64,000 bases of DNA. It comes from Candidatus Moraniibacteriota bacterium (GTDB lineage: Bacteria > Patescibacteriota > Minisyncoccia > Moranbacterales > GCA-2747515). The notes below the pieces were generated by a model, which ran no database searches, was not told the origin of the DNA, and saw only the letters and a list, made by a program, of their open reading frames with translations. Of the stretch, positions 9,157 through 20,221 are shown piece by piece (position 1 is the stretch's first letter; every line of letters starts with the position of its first letter). Location: the NCBI GenBank assembly GCA_038208115.1, contig JBBQZC010000005.1, positions 667 to 64,666 of the forward strand. The letters are read 5' to 3'. The position numbers and the translations under genes were made by a program.

Positions 9157-9948
9157 TTAGTTTTTAATCACAATCACATTCTTTTCCGTACTCATAATAT
9201 CCGCTTTATTTCCTGTTTTATAATCTCGAATTGCATTAAATAACGTACTATCCTTATATTTATAACCCCGCCCGAGACGTGTGCCGGGATCATTCGTTAT
9301 GAACTCTCCATTTTTTTTATCATATCCTAGCACAACAAGCATATGTCGATCTGGTCCTCCATCAGTAAAGTTTGGATTTTTAAGAAACTTTCCATTTGTT
9401 GGTGCAATAATAATAGAGTCATCTTGCGCCAAAATAGTATACAGATCATCCATTGAAACATTTTTCCTAACTTCTACTGCATGATTATAATATTTTTCAA
9501 AGATCAATGCAGTATCGGCAATCGATGTGTCCAGGACATCACCAAATTGCTCTTTTTCAAATACGAAGAGCTTCTCAATCTGCTCCTCAGCATCATTCTT
9601 TGAAATATTACTGTCATTATTTAACCATCCATGTGCCATGACCATTGATGCTTCCTCACACGCATCTTGATAGCGTGGATCGGTCCACTGGGCATGTGGT
9701 GCTTGTACCATAAACGGTACAGATTGCTTGATATTTTCATCAATCTCCACCACTACATCTTTATTTTTAAGTGGCTCGACTTCCCTTTTTTCATTTTTTT
9801 CTTGATTTGACTGTATTACTCTTGGGGATATCTGACCAGATGTACGTGATGAACCCTGTGCGAAAAATCGATCTGGAATCATATACCATGTAATAATCAC
9901 AATACCCAACACAATTACTATGGTCAATCGAATTAATACACTCCACAT
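9157..9948 (-). CDS. Membrane-anchored C39-like cysteine peptidase
   Basis: VPF..QAP...W...DACEEAS, H in RHMLVVLGYD, ITNDPG. Confidence 0.75.
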   Translation of the reverse strand: MWSVLIRLTIVIVLGIVIITWYMIPDRFFAQGSSRTSGQISPRVIQSNQEKNEKREVEPLKNKDVVVEIDENIKQSVPFMVQAPHAQWTDPRYQDACEEASMVMAHGWLNNDSNISKNDAEEQIEKLFVFEKEQFGDVLDTSIADTALIFEKYYNHAVEVRKNVSMDDLYTILAQDDSIIIAPTNGKFLKNPNFTDGGPDRHMLVVLGYDKKNGEFITNDPGTRLGRGYKYKDSTLFNAIRDYKTGNKADIMSTEKNVIVIKN

Positions 9949-10037
9949 ATGTATAAATCACTAATTATGAAAAAAATTCATTGTTGTACTATTGTAACAC
10001 TTTTTTGAACATGATAGAATAGCACCATTGCATTAAA

Positions 10038-10622
10038 ATGAAATTTATGAAGAAAATTGTTCTCGACATTGAAACAAAAAATACCTTTCAAGAAGTGGGT
10101 TCCAACGATCCTGCAAAACTAGATATCTCCCTCCTTGTTATTTATGATTATGAACTGCAAGAATATATGACATTTATGGAAAATAACCTGAATAGCCTAT
10201 GGCCTATTCTAGAAAAAACCGATCTTATCATTGGATATAATTCCAACCACTTCGACATCCCTCTTCTTAATAAATATTATCCTGGCAATCTTACTGCCGT
10301 TGGAAGCCTTGATTTACTCACAGAAATCAAAAATGTCGTTGGAAGAAGCATCCGTCTCGACAATATTGCAGAAGCGACCTTAGGGAAAGGTAAGAGTGGA
10401 CATGGTTTGCAAGCAATCGAATGGTGGAAGGAAGGACGAATCGACAAAATCGAAAAATATTGTCGTGAAGACGTAAAAATCACAAAAGACATCTATGAAT
10501 ATGCATTAAAAAACAGGAAGTTAAAATATAAAGACCTTCTTGATACTATTGCTTTTGACATCAATACGGAGAATTGGGATAAAAAGACCAGTCAAGCAAT
10601 TAACTATACCCTACCTCTCTAG
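10038..10622 (+). CDS. RNase H-like / DEDD exonuclease (YprB-like)
   Basis: VLDIET, GYNS..FD, YCREDV. Confidence 0.8.
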   Translation: MKFMKKIVLDIETKNTFQEVGSNDPAKLDISLLVIYDYELQEYMTFMENNLNSLWPILEKTDLIIGYNSNHFDIPLLNKYYPGNLTAVGSLDLLTEIKNVVGRSIRLDNIAEATLGKGKSGHGLQAIEWWKEGRIDKIEKYCREDVKITKDIYEYALKNRKLKYKDLLDTIAFDINTENWDKKTSQAINYTLPL

Positions 10623-10693
10623 TCACATACCTTTTAATGTCACCCAAAAGAGATTCTTTTTAAAAATGCTCATAATAAAAATATGAGTTCTAC

Positions 10694-11701
10694 TTATAAC
10701 CCATGTGACTGCTTATTGGCAACATGCTGTTCAAATGTGGTAGAAAAAACTGTCTCGCCAGTTTCAGCATTGTTAAGAAAATACATATATTCTGTTTTTG
10801 TAGGATTAATTGCAACATCAATAGCTGCAATGGATGGATTATTAATCGGACCTATCGGCAAGCCTACATATTTATATGTATTGTATGGTGAGTCAATTTC
10901 TATATCAACTAAAGAATGCTTGATCTCTGCTACACCTTTGATGTAATCAATTGTTGCATCACTTTGCAAAGCCATCCCAATATCCAATCGATTTTGAAAT
11001 ATACCTGCCACGATACCGCGATCGCCATTAAGAGGCACTTCTCCTTCAATAATACTTGCAAAAATAATAACATCATGAAGATTTTTTCCTTTTGACACAA
11101 TTTCTTCTCTCCGCGCAGTATCAACTCTCTTCTCAAAATTACTCAACATTTTTTGAATAATCATATCTGCAGTTATATCTGGAGAAAATAGATATGTATC
11201 AGGAAATAAATACCCTTCCAATGAAGCGCCTTCTTTTAAAAATTCATATTTTTGATAGTACATATCTGACGGTTTATTTGCAATTGCCATAAATTCATCA
11301 CCTGGCAATTGATTTGCATTAAGACGATCTTTCATCTTTTCTATAGACCACCCTTCAGGAAATAAGATGCTGATATCTTTTTCTCTTTGAATTTCCGCTT
11401 GTCCAGGTGTAGTTAATTTATACACAATTTGTGCAATTGTACTCTTTGCAGCAATATTATACCTCCCTTCGTGAAACTTTCCGCGTAATTTGTTTTTCCA
11501 TGCATAATAATAAAAATATATTCTATTTGCGATCAAATTTTCGTCTTCTAGCTTCTTACCGATCAAAACAATGTCATCTCCTTGCGCAACTGAAAAAATA
11601 ACATCGGACTGGTTTGCCGAAATACTATTATACGAACGATTATGCACAAAAAAACCTACTATGCACACACAAATGATTACTCCAAAAATAATTTTTTTCA
11701 T
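10694..11701 (-). CDS. mltG: Endolytic transglycosylase MltG
   Basis: LEGYLFPDTY, ASIIEGE, LQSDAT, SPYNTY, GLP.GPI.NP. Confidence 0.93.
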   Translation of the reverse strand: MKKIIFGVIICVCIVGFFVHNRSYNSISANQSDVIFSVAQGDDIVLIGKKLEDENLIANRIYFYYYAWKNKLRGKFHEGRYNIAAKSTIAQIVYKLTTPGQAEIQREKDISILFPEGWSIEKMKDRLNANQLPGDEFMAIANKPSDMYYQKYEFLKEGASLEGYLFPDTYLFSPDITADMIIQKMLSNFEKRVDTARREEIVSKGKNLHDVIIFASIIEGEVPLNGDRGIVAGIFQNRLDIGMALQSDATIDYIKGVAEIKHSLVDIEIDSPYNTYKYVGLPIGPINNPSIAAIDVAINPTKTEYMYFLNNAETGETVFSTTFEQHVANKQSHGL

Positions 11702-11709
11702 ATTTTATA

Positions 11710-12330
11710 CTAAACCGGTAAAAAGCGCATACTATCAAATCGTTCTTCCACATTTTCATCATCGCTTCCGCGATTGTTGAAATAATAGATGATATTATCA
11801 ATTGGAGCAACCATTACTCCATCCATTTTTAAGAGGCTATTAAAATTGTATAATGACCACATATCTGGATTGATCACTATAATGCGATCATATTTCTCTT
11901 GAAATAATATACTCGATGTGTCCACTACAAGCTCTAACGTAACAATATTGTCACGAGCAATGAAATTATATTTATTGATATTAGTTTCTGTTTCTTTTTT
12001 CATCTCTTCAAGTGTATCAATAGCCGTAACATGCCCCTCGGCACCAGTGATATAGCTCAATATCGCAATCACCCAACCACCCCCAAATCCAACAACTAAA
12101 ATATTATGACCTCGACCAGGACGAAGTAGCTCCAACATAAAAGAAATAACCGATGGCTCAGGCAAAATTTGACCATGCCCAATTGAAAGCGGTATATCAG
12201 ATGCTGCAGCTATGCGGAATTTATCAGGAACAAATTCTGCACGATTAATCTCAGATAATGCATCAATAATAGCATCTGTTTTCAGATATCCTCTATGAAT
12301 CAATTTATTTACAATTTCACTCATAATCAA
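11710..12330 (-). CDS. pcm: Protein-L-isoaspartate O-methyltransferase-like, degenerate motifs
   Basis: R.EFVP, D.PLSIGHGQ; SAM motif altered to LVVGFGGGW. Confidence 0.7.
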   Translation of the reverse strand: MIMSEIVNKLIHRGYLKTDAIIDALSEINRAEFVPDKFRIAAASDIPLSIGHGQILPEPSVISFMLELLRPGRGHNILVVGFGGGWVIAILSYITGAEGHVTAIDTLEEMKKETETNINKYNFIARDNIVTLELVVDTSSILFQEKYDRIIVINPDMWSLYNFNSLLKMDGVMVAPIDNIIYYFNNRGSDDENVEERFDSMRFLPV

Positions 12331-12335
12331 AAAAG

Positions 12336-12773
12336 TTATCCATGAACAACCACTATTGCATCGCGATCGCGAGCACCATCGTAATCCACCGCCATAATAC
12401 TTTGCACATCAGAAAGCATCAATTTCCCTTCTTCGAGCGGGATTGATACATGCACCCCCGTCAATAAAGCCTTGCAATGAGAATGTCCATTGCTGCGGCC
12501 ATCTGTTTTGTTATTTTTTCGCAATTCAAACATATCATGTGAATATCTCTCATCCTGTGGCGCAAGACGATACAATACTCTCATGAAGTCTTGTATAAGC
12601 ATTGACTCATTATGATTGATTACTATACCCATCGTTGTGTGTTGCACAAAAACCATTACATATCCTTCTCGAATACCACTTGTTTCAACTACTCGCTGCA
12701 CAGCATCTGTTATGTCCATAAATTCCACTTCAGAGGTGCTTTTAAAGACAATTTTCTCCTTATAAAACTTCAT
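12336..12773 (-). CDS. yjbQ: YjbQ/UPF0047 family protein
   Basis: HTT.GI.IN, NGHSH, Q......DYDG.R.R. Confidence 0.85.
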   Translation of the reverse strand: MKFYKEKIVFKSTSEVEFMDITDAVQRVVETSGIREGYVMVFVQHTTMGIVINHNESMLIQDFMRVLYRLAPQDERYSHDMFELRKNNKTDGRSNGHSHCKALLTGVHVSIPLEEGKLMLSDVQSIMAVDYDGARDRDAIVVVHG

Positions 12774-12827
12774 ATGTTCTTTTTATGATATTAATCACTC
12801 TAAATTTTATTATATCATTTTTTTGCG

Positions 12828-13538
12828 CTATGCACCAAGCCGACGAGACCTTCGCACATATTCTTGAATCGTTTTTTCAAACTCATTTCCACCAAAATCG
12901 GGGAAAAGAAGATCTGAAAAAAATAATTGCGCGTTTGCGATGTCCCACATCATAAAACCAGCACTCAAATGTGGATCACCACCTGTTCTAATCAAGTAAT
13001 CAACCGGGGGAAGATCTCGTGTAAACAAATGATTTTTTATTGTTTCTTTTGTGATCTCTGCACCACTGTCAAATGTATCTACAATCTCTTGAATTGCAAA
13101 AAGCATTTCCTCATCACCGCTATACATTAAGAAAAAATTAATATAATAATTCTGATGATATTTTGTTTTTTCAATTCCCTCATTAAGGATTCGCACTAAC
13201 TTTTCGGGAAAATATTCTCGCCATTGTCCAATGATATTTATACGAACTTGATCAGTCATCAAACTCTTATCATTGATAAGTTTAGTAAAGTATTTTTCAT
13301 AGATTTTAATCAGTCCGCGACGCTCTTGCAATGATCTCTTCGTCATGTTTTCTCTTGATGATCCCCAAAACGACAAATACTGCACACCCATGTCGCGCCC
13401 CTTATTGCATATCGCTTCAATCATTTTTGCACCAGCCTCATGTCCTTCCCATGGTTTCTTATCGTGTAATTTTGCCCATCGACGATTGCCGTCAGGAATA
13501 ATGACAACATGTCGTGGTATTTGAATATTATTTATCAT
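12828..13538 (-). CDS. uppS: Undecaprenyl/polyprenyl diphosphate synthase (cis)
   Basis: PRHVVIIPDGNRRWA, GH..G, DYLIRTGG..HLS.GF. Confidence 0.92.
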   Translation of the reverse strand: MINNIQIPRHVVIIPDGNRRWAKLHDKKPWEGHEAGAKMIEAICNKGRDMGVQYLSFWGSSRENMTKRSLQERRGLIKIYEKYFTKLINDKSLMTDQVRINIIGQWREYFPEKLVRILNEGIEKTKYHQNYYINFFLMYSGDEEMLFAIQEIVDTFDSGAEITKETIKNHLFTRDLPPVDYLIRTGGDPHLSAGFMMWDIANAQLFFSDLLFPDFGGNEFEKTIQEYVRRSRRLGA

Positions 13539-13539
13539 C

Positions 13540-14625
13540 TTATTTATCTCTATTACTTAGATACTCCGTCAGCGCAAAAAGAAATTCTTTTGCCTCTTGA
13601 GATAACGTCATCTCTTGAAGCGCGGATCGCGCTTCATCAATTAATTTTTGCATATATGTATCAACATCATCTTTTGCGCCAGTGTCAATCATCAATTGTT
13701 GAAAAGCCTCAACTTCATATGCACCAATTTTTTTATTACCCAACAATCGATCCAGTTCTTTTTTTTGTTTTTGTGATGCATGATCGTATGCACTTCGTAC
13801 GAGTAATGTCATTTTTCCTTCAGCAATATCTGAACCAACTGGCTTACCTGTTTTTTTCATTGATCCAAATACACCAAGCATATCATCACGAATTTGAAAT
13901 GCAATTCCGAGAGGCACTGCAAATTTACTCATCTTTACACACAGTTCATCATCTGCACCAGCAAGAATAGCACCCAATTTCAATGGACCATCAAAAGTAT
14001 ATCGTGCCGTCTTATTCTCATACATTTGCATAATTTTTTCTCTCGTTGCCTTTTTGCCATACTCCATATAAATGTCCTGTATTTCTCCTACGCATGTAAG
14101 ACCTACAATATCTTGCATTTTATTTAATGCACGAATAATTATTGCTGGCTCAAATTGTGAAGCAAATAAAACATGATTTCCCAAGGAGTATAAATAATCT
14201 CCTGAGATAATTGCAATAGACTCTCCAAAATGAACAGCATCATCACCAAGAAAAAAATGCTCGTAATGCTCCTTATACTTCGCATGCATGGTTTTTTTGC
14301 CATGACGAATATCATCACGATCAACAATATCATCATGCATTAACAAAAAGGCATGAATGAGTTCAATACTCACAGAAGCTTTAATAATCTCGCTCCGATC
14401 TTTACCACCCGCGCCAATGTATCCCCAATACATCATAATTGGACGAATTCTCTTACCTCCTGCCAAAATCGTTTTTTTAAAATACTTAATTGCAGATTTT
14501 ATAAAAACATCTTTATATGGCGTTTCTGAGATAACGCGATCCAGGTATATTGCAATTTCATAATCAACCTCTTTTTTCAGCAATGCCAGCTCTCTTTGAA
14601 TATCCATATGATTTTTTTTCATCAA
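13540..14625 (-). CDS. Trans-polyprenyl (GGPP/FPP) synthase
   Basis: GGKRIRP, HDDIVD..D.RHG, KTA.YT, AFQIRDD. Confidence 0.9.
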   Translation of the reverse strand: MMKKNHMDIQRELALLKKEVDYEIAIYLDRVISETPYKDVFIKSAIKYFKKTILAGGKRIRPIMMYWGYIGAGGKDRSEIIKASVSIELIHAFLLMHDDIVDRDDIRHGKKTMHAKYKEHYEHFFLGDDAVHFGESIAIISGDYLYSLGNHVLFASQFEPAIIIRALNKMQDIVGLTCVGEIQDIYMEYGKKATREKIMQMYENKTARYTFDGPLKLGAILAGADDELCVKMSKFAVPLGIAFQIRDDMLGVFGSMKKTGKPVGSDIAEGKMTLLVRSAYDHASQKQKKELDRLLGNKKIGAYEVEAFQQLMIDTGAKDDVDTYMQKLIDEARSALQEMTLSQEAKEFLFALTEYLSNRDK

Positions 14626-14726
14626 GAATAATTGTTGTTTATTGTACTGTATTTTGACTTAAAAGCAAATAATGTTTCATTTCTTGTTTTTGCATTTTTT
14701 TTTGAAAAATACTATCCATGCTCAAT

Positions 14727-15464
14727 TCAATTGCATAAAAATGTTTTCTTGAGATATTGTAATCTCTTTTTTTCTGGCATTCTCTCAATCGCATAGCGAA
14801 GTGTTGTGCGGGGTATTTTTTTATAATGTCTTTTTATAAATTTTTCACATACTTCTGGATTTCTTTTCCACACCTCACGCAACATCCACCCAACAACTTT
14901 ATGCATGAGATCTTCATGATCTGTCAAAAAACTTTCTGCAAAATACAAAGTTAGATCAAATTCATTCCTTTTAATAAAACTCCAAGTCGAAATCATGCAT
15001 ATACGCCTTTGCCATTGTGACTGAGATTGACATAGCTGATTTAAAACTTTTTTTTCTTTCTGATTTTTAAAAATATATTCACCAACAATACGCGGTGCTG
15101 AGAGATCTACAAGATTCCAGTTATTTATATAATCAATATTTACCATATAAAAATCATAAATTTCTCTTTGATCTTTTTCTGATGATAGCGCAAATTTATT
15201 GACCAAAATTATCAGCGCGCATAGACGATCTTCATTGTACGGCGACTTTAACAATATTTGCACATCATCAAGAGCAATCATTGCAAATTTTTTTGCCACA
15301 ACTCGCACATCTGGATTTTTGATACCCAAAAATTTATCATGTGCACTATATTGTCCCTTCCCCGTCTTAAAAAACCTTTCATTAATCTTTTTTCGTTCTT
15401 TCGTAGCATATACACGCAAAGATTGAGAGATATTTTTTGCTGATGCAGAAACGCGATCTCCCAT
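14727..15464 (-). CDS. alkD: DNA alkylation repair glycosylase, AlkD family
   Basis: FFKTGKGQY..HDKFLG, NNWNLVD.SAP, HK..GWMLRE, PRTTLRYAIE. Confidence 0.85.
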   Translation of the reverse strand: MGDRVSASAKNISQSLRVYATKERKKINERFFKTGKGQYSAHDKFLGIKNPDVRVVAKKFAMIALDDVQILLKSPYNEDRLCALIILVNKFALSSEKDQREIYDFYMVNIDYINNWNLVDLSAPRIVGEYIFKNQKEKKVLNQLCQSQSQWQRRICMISTWSFIKRNEFDLTLYFAESFLTDHEDLMHKVVGWMLREVWKRNPEVCEKFIKRHYKKIPRTTLRYAIERMPEKKRLQYLKKTFLCN

Positions 15465-15466
15465 AA

Positions 15467-18454
15467 TTAATTTTTCAATAATTCTAAAAAAGTGACATAC
15501 TCACTAAGTGATTTATCATTAAATTTCTCTGTGATGGATTTATCAAGAAATGCACCACTTAAAATATCTTGTGCAAATATATTAATTTCTTTTTTTAGCT
15601 CTTCCACATCGGAATCCGTAACTGCAATCACCTGCTTTTCATATTCATGCGTCATAGGATGCGGTTCAATAAAATCCAGAATGCCCTGGGTCATATTAAA
15701 TTGATGTTCATTATATTCATTCAATAATAATTTATAAAAAACAACTTGCCTCTTGAGTGATTCTTTTTTCTCTTTTGTATATTTACTCCATGGCTTACCT
15801 GTTTTATAATCTACTACAATTACTGTTTTTTCGTCTGTAAATTCCATTTTATCGATTTTTCCAGTCAATAATATTTTTTCCCCCGAATTCAATGTAAATG
15901 GAATACCTGATATTTTTTTTTCTACCACAACTTGATATGACAACTCACTGCTATACTTTTCATAATATCCTTTAAGCGCTTTCTCACCACGTTTTTTAAT
16001 TGAATCATAATATTCTCTCGGCGTACGCATGACAAGCATCGCACGATAAAAGAAATCTATTAAATCTTCCTGTGATAGTACATGACCCTCTTTTTGTGAA
16101 AGTGTAAAAAATCGCTCTAATGCAGAATGCAAAACAGTACCATAGAACATCGTTTTATTTGGCGCACTCGGAATACGCACGAGATTACGAAAAAAATACA
16201 ATAGCGGTGATTCAAAATAATTGTTTAGAGCTGTTGCAGACAATTGTGTTCGCAAAAATTTATCCCTAATATAGTCTAGAGACACAAGAGATGTCACACT
16301 CTGCATACGTGGCATGAAAAACACATCTTCACTCCCATGCATTTTTACATTCTTCATATCGATTAAACATGCTTTGAGATCCGCAATAAAAAGTGACGGC
16401 AATTTCTCTCGCCCATCTTTATCATAATCAGCATAAGAAATCGTCAAAGATCTTTTGGCACGTGTAATTGCGACATAAAACAATCGCCTCTCATCTTCCA
16501 TATCACCACTAACCGTATTAATCGGCAATACAAATTTTTGAGATTTTCTTTTGCCGCCCCATAATCCATGTATGGCATTGGTAACATACACATGCTCATA
16601 CTCCAAGCCTTTCGAGCCATGTGCTGTCATTAATTGCACTCCGTTCATAACACTGGGACGCACTACACTTAACGACAAGTTATACTCATCAAAACTATTT
16701 ATATACATAATGAAATCCCCAAGATCATACTGTTTTTTTTCTATGACACATTCACGCACCTCATCAAATATTCTTTCCAAATTTTTCAGAAGAAAAATAT
16801 GATCACTGCATGACATTACATGTTTCAGAAATCCAGACTCTCTCACAAAATTTTCAAAAAACTCCACAAAATACATATTATGCGCATTAATTTTTTGATC
16901 CTTAATCAATTGCGCGAATGTAGATATAGCAATAATATTTTTAACGCCGGCTTCTTGTAATACTTTTTCTTGTGATAAACAGTGATACAACGACATATTG
17001 TACACGCATCGATTGTAATATTCCAAAATCAATAAAGCATCGTCAACATCCACTTGTGATAAATTCATCAATAATGCCTTCCCTAATACATGATCATCCA
17101 TCGGATCATTAATAACTTGCAAAAAAAGAATGAGCTTTTGTATTTCTACATTATCCAAAGCATTTTGCTTTGAAACAATAACATATGGCACATGCATTTT
17201 TTCAAGCACTTCCTTAATATATTTTAGATTATTGTGTTCACGATAAAATATGGCAATGTCTTTTGGCAAAACACCAGAAAGGATTTTTTTATGAATATCA
17301 TCTGCAATAGAAATCAACTCATCTCTGTATTCTCCGTAGCGCAATACACGAATATCTGCATGATCATCAGTTGTTGCAACGAGCTCTTTGTGTAAATTTC
17401 CATGTAAACCTCCACTGATCAATGTATGGGCTTCATCAAGGATACCTTGTGCGCTTCGATAATTCTCTTCAAGATGAATAATCACTGCACGAGAAAACCT
17501 TTTTTCAAAATGTAAAAAATTATCCACACTCGCGCCTTGAAATCTATATATTGCCTGCTTATCGTCCCCCACTGTGAATAAGTTTGGATAATCACCTAAA
17601 TGTTCTGCATGAGTCAAAACGGCAATTATACGATTTTGTCCATCATTTGTGTCTTGATGTTCATCCACTAAAATATACTGATATTGTTCACAAAGAATTG
17701 ATGTAAGTTCCTCATCTTTTTCTGCAATCTCTACAAATTGCATGATCATATCTGTAAAATCATAAAGTTTTTTTTCTCTCAGTACCTGTTGATAAATATC
17801 ATACACTCTTTGTAGTTCTCTATTTTTTTCAATGGGTTTTAAAACACCTGATTTGAGATCGTCTTTTTTATTTTTTTTAGTAGTACGTTTATAATATGAA
17901 TTAGGATCAGCAAGAATTTCCTTTTCTTGCATTGCAATCCTTGCGACAAATATATCTGGTGAGACGCCTTCTCTCTTTAACTGATCAATCGCGTAAATAA
18001 TATCTTTTATATAGTGATGGTCGCTCCCGAATGTTTTTAATAATTGCAATTCCTCCTCATGAAGAATTTTTTCAATAATATGAATTTTCTCAATCTCGGT
18101 TGCGACGCGCGCATATGTAATTAATGGGAAATAATCAGGATATCTACCGATTTGCTCTTCGCAAAAGCTATGAAATGTAAAGATGTTTGTGCGATACGCA
18201 CTTTCAGCGCCGATGAATAATGACAATCTTTCTCGCATGGCAATAACGCCAGCATTAGTAAATGTAAGTGCAAGAATATTTTCTGGACCGATACCGGCTC
18301 CTGCACTTCGTAAAATATTTGCAATCCGCAATGTTAATATCTGCGTCTTACCAGTGCCTGGTCCAGCCACAACAATCACAGGTCCTTCTATAGTATCAAC
18401 AGCTCTTTTTTGTGCATCATTTAATTTCTGGTATTGTACATCAAAATCTTGCAT
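15467..18454 (-). CDS. UvrD/Rep-family helicase with C-terminal PD-(D/E)XK nuclease domain
   Basis: AGPGTGKT, LTFT, VDEHQDTN, VGDDKQAIYRFQGA, NYRS, MTAHGSKGLE, ERRLFYVAITRA, then GKID...VDYKTG. Confidence 0.92.
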   Translation of the reverse strand: MQDFDVQYQKLNDAQKRAVDTIEGPVIVVAGPGTGKTQILTLRIANILRSAGAGIGPENILALTFTNAGVIAMRERLSLFIGAESAYRTNIFTFHSFCEEQIGRYPDYFPLITYARVATEIEKIHIIEKILHEEELQLLKTFGSDHHYIKDIIYAIDQLKREGVSPDIFVARIAMQEKEILADPNSYYKRTTKKNKKDDLKSGVLKPIEKNRELQRVYDIYQQVLREKKLYDFTDMIMQFVEIAEKDEELTSILCEQYQYILVDEHQDTNDGQNRIIAVLTHAEHLGDYPNLFTVGDDKQAIYRFQGASVDNFLHFEKRFSRAVIIHLEENYRSAQGILDEAHTLISGGLHGNLHKELVATTDDHADIRVLRYGEYRDELISIADDIHKKILSGVLPKDIAIFYREHNNLKYIKEVLEKMHVPYVIVSKQNALDNVEIQKLILFLQVINDPMDDHVLGKALLMNLSQVDVDDALLILEYYNRCVYNMSLYHCLSQEKVLQEAGVKNIIAISTFAQLIKDQKINAHNMYFVEFFENFVRESGFLKHVMSCSDHIFLLKNLERIFDEVRECVIEKKQYDLGDFIMYINSFDEYNLSLSVVRPSVMNGVQLMTAHGSKGLEYEHVYVTNAIHGLWGGKRKSQKFVLPINTVSGDMEDERRLFYVAITRAKRSLTISYADYDKDGREKLPSLFIADLKACLIDMKNVKMHGSEDVFFMPRMQSVTSLVSLDYIRDKFLRTQLSATALNNYFESPLLYFFRNLVRIPSAPNKTMFYGTVLHSALERFFTLSQKEGHVLSQEDLIDFFYRAMLVMRTPREYYDSIKKRGEKALKGYYEKYSSELSYQVVVEKKISGIPFTLNSGEKILLTGKIDKMEFTDEKTVIVVDYKTGKPWSKYTKEKKESLKRQVVFYKLLLNEYNEHQFNMTQGILDFIEPHPMTHEYEKQVIAVTDSDVEELKKEINIFAQDILSGAFLDKSITEKFNDKSLSEYVTFLELLKN

Positions 18455-18460
18455 AATATA

Positions 18461-18718
18461 TTACTTTTTTACATTGTCATATTCTGCAGTATTAATGGTT
18501 TTTGCAGGACTTTTTTTCTTCTGAAAAAGATGTGAAACATCAAAGCCAAAATACGACAAAACAGACAGCAACAAAAACGTTGCCGTAGCTTCATCTAAAT
18601 TTCCAACACCAGGAATATTATCAGGTAAAAATTCCAATAATCCAGCAGTCGGATTAATCAAATACACAAATGCCAATATGCCTACAATAAAAACTAATAC
18701 GCTTTTCATACTTATCAA
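18461..18718 (-). CDS. DUF1232/YkvA small membrane protein
   Basis: YLINP....EFLPDNIP.VGNLDE. Confidence 0.8.
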   Translation of the reverse strand: MISMKSVLVFIVGILAFVYLINPTAGLLEFLPDNIPGVGNLDEATATFLLLSVLSYFGFDVSHLFQKKKSPAKTINTAEYDNVKK

Positions 18719-18821
18719 CCGTCAAAGATTATATATCTATACTACCTCATAATAATACAAAAAACAAAACATCAATTTATATACCATCGTTTTGCTTTAA
18801 TTTTCTTAAAATTTGCCGTCA

Positions 18822-19910
18822 CTACACACTAATTACCTCAGACTCACTTTGCATTTTAGTAATACGAATAATCTTGAATTCTCGCAAAAACATAAAAAGA
18901 ATTCGCGCAAAGAATCCAGAACTTATCCTTACAATCGGTGCAATGGATAAAAGTACAATGAAAAATGTTGAGCCAAAAATTTCAATTTGATAATCCCTCA
19001 ACATAGTATTACCCGTAATAATACGATTGACTTGTATGTCTATAAGATCACTCACTACCTGTGAAATAAGTTCGTTTCCCTGCAATGTACTACCGAGTAT
19101 TTCTGACATATTACTTCGCATTTGGATAATTGCTTGATCCTCAGCACTTTTTTTTATTTGTTCCAACGTTGCTCCTGTAATCTGTCCAGCCCATCGCACA
19201 AGCATGCCATCATCTCCCTCAACACGCTGACTATCTGCTGATGAATTGTTTTGAGATGTGTTAATGACAAAATGTAAAAATTCATCTACGGTCATTGTGC
19301 GTACTGACATATCCCCTACCATACTTTTTTGCAATAAATATTCTGCAGCTTTGTTCGATATATTTACTTGATTACTAATGTCAAATATGAAGTTCTCATT
19401 GTTTTTAATATAAAAATAATATTGACTAGAAATCACAATTACCAAAGACAGACTTACAGGGATAATTCCGCTCCGAATGATAGTTGGCATATCGATTTTG
19501 ATCAAGTTAAAGAGTGTGTGTCGCATCATATGAAATCCATATAACGCAATGCCCATCATAATTACTACTACAATAATATGTTGTAATACAGGCATAAAAA
19601 TAATACTTGGCAAAAAAGAAATCAACACAATTGGTGCAATCAATTTTTTGATACCTACAGTAACTGAAAAAACAATAAAAAAAGCTATAAAAACAGACGC
19701 TGCAATCATTGGAGCAATCCATGTGCTATGCGCAATACCCGTAATTGACCGCATAACAAGAAGAAAAAATACAGCCCCGCAACCAGTTACTATCACAGAC
19801 ATTATCATATCAAACGTACGAATTTTTTTGTGATTGTTTTTTTCACCCATATCTATATACATATATTTTATTTTATTAAATATATTATAGCATAAAATCT
19901 TTTTTTCCAT
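18822..19910 (-). CDS. Hypothetical multi-pass membrane protein
   Basis: Long ORF with about 6 hydrophobic segments; start uncertain. Confidence 0.7.
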   Translation of the reverse strand: MEKKILCYNIFNKIKYMYIDMGEKNNHKKIRTFDMIMSVIVTGCGAVFFLLVMRSITGIAHSTWIAPMIAASVFIAFFIVFSVTVGIKKLIAPIVLISFLPSIIFMPVLQHIIVVVIMMGIALYGFHMMRHTLFNLIKIDMPTIIRSGIIPVSLSLVIVISSQYYFYIKNNENFIFDISNQVNISNKAAEYLLQKSMVGDMSVRTMTVDEFLHFVINTSQNNSSADSQRVEGDDGMLVRWAGQITGATLEQIKKSAEDQAIIQMRSNMSEILGSTLQGNELISQVVSDLIDIQVNRIITGNTMLRDYQIEIFGSTFFIVLLSIAPIVRISSGFFARILFMFLREFKIIRITKMQSESEVISV

Positions 19911-20221
19911 TACTCACATCTTCATCATATAAAAACATCTAAAAATCACACGAGAAAATACCATCATAGTAATTTATAAAAGTTATTCAGATTGCACTCT
20001 GAAAAAGCAAATATAAAATTTCATTACTACGAGGTTTTTCACAATAATTAACTCTCATAATATGTCGCGTCTGTTTTTTTATGAAAATAAGAAAGAAAAA
20101 AGCAGAGAGAACCAATCATAATAATAAACGCAATGTACCAAAAATACCAGGAAGTGCCTCCTATGCACTCATACACGTAGACATATTTATTGAAATTCTA
20201 TTTTTAGAAATAATACTATTA

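Noticed and set aside
19990-20200. Possible decayed membrane-protein gene on the minus strand
   Set aside because: Hydrophobic reading with two stops can be explained by T-richness; no homology evidence
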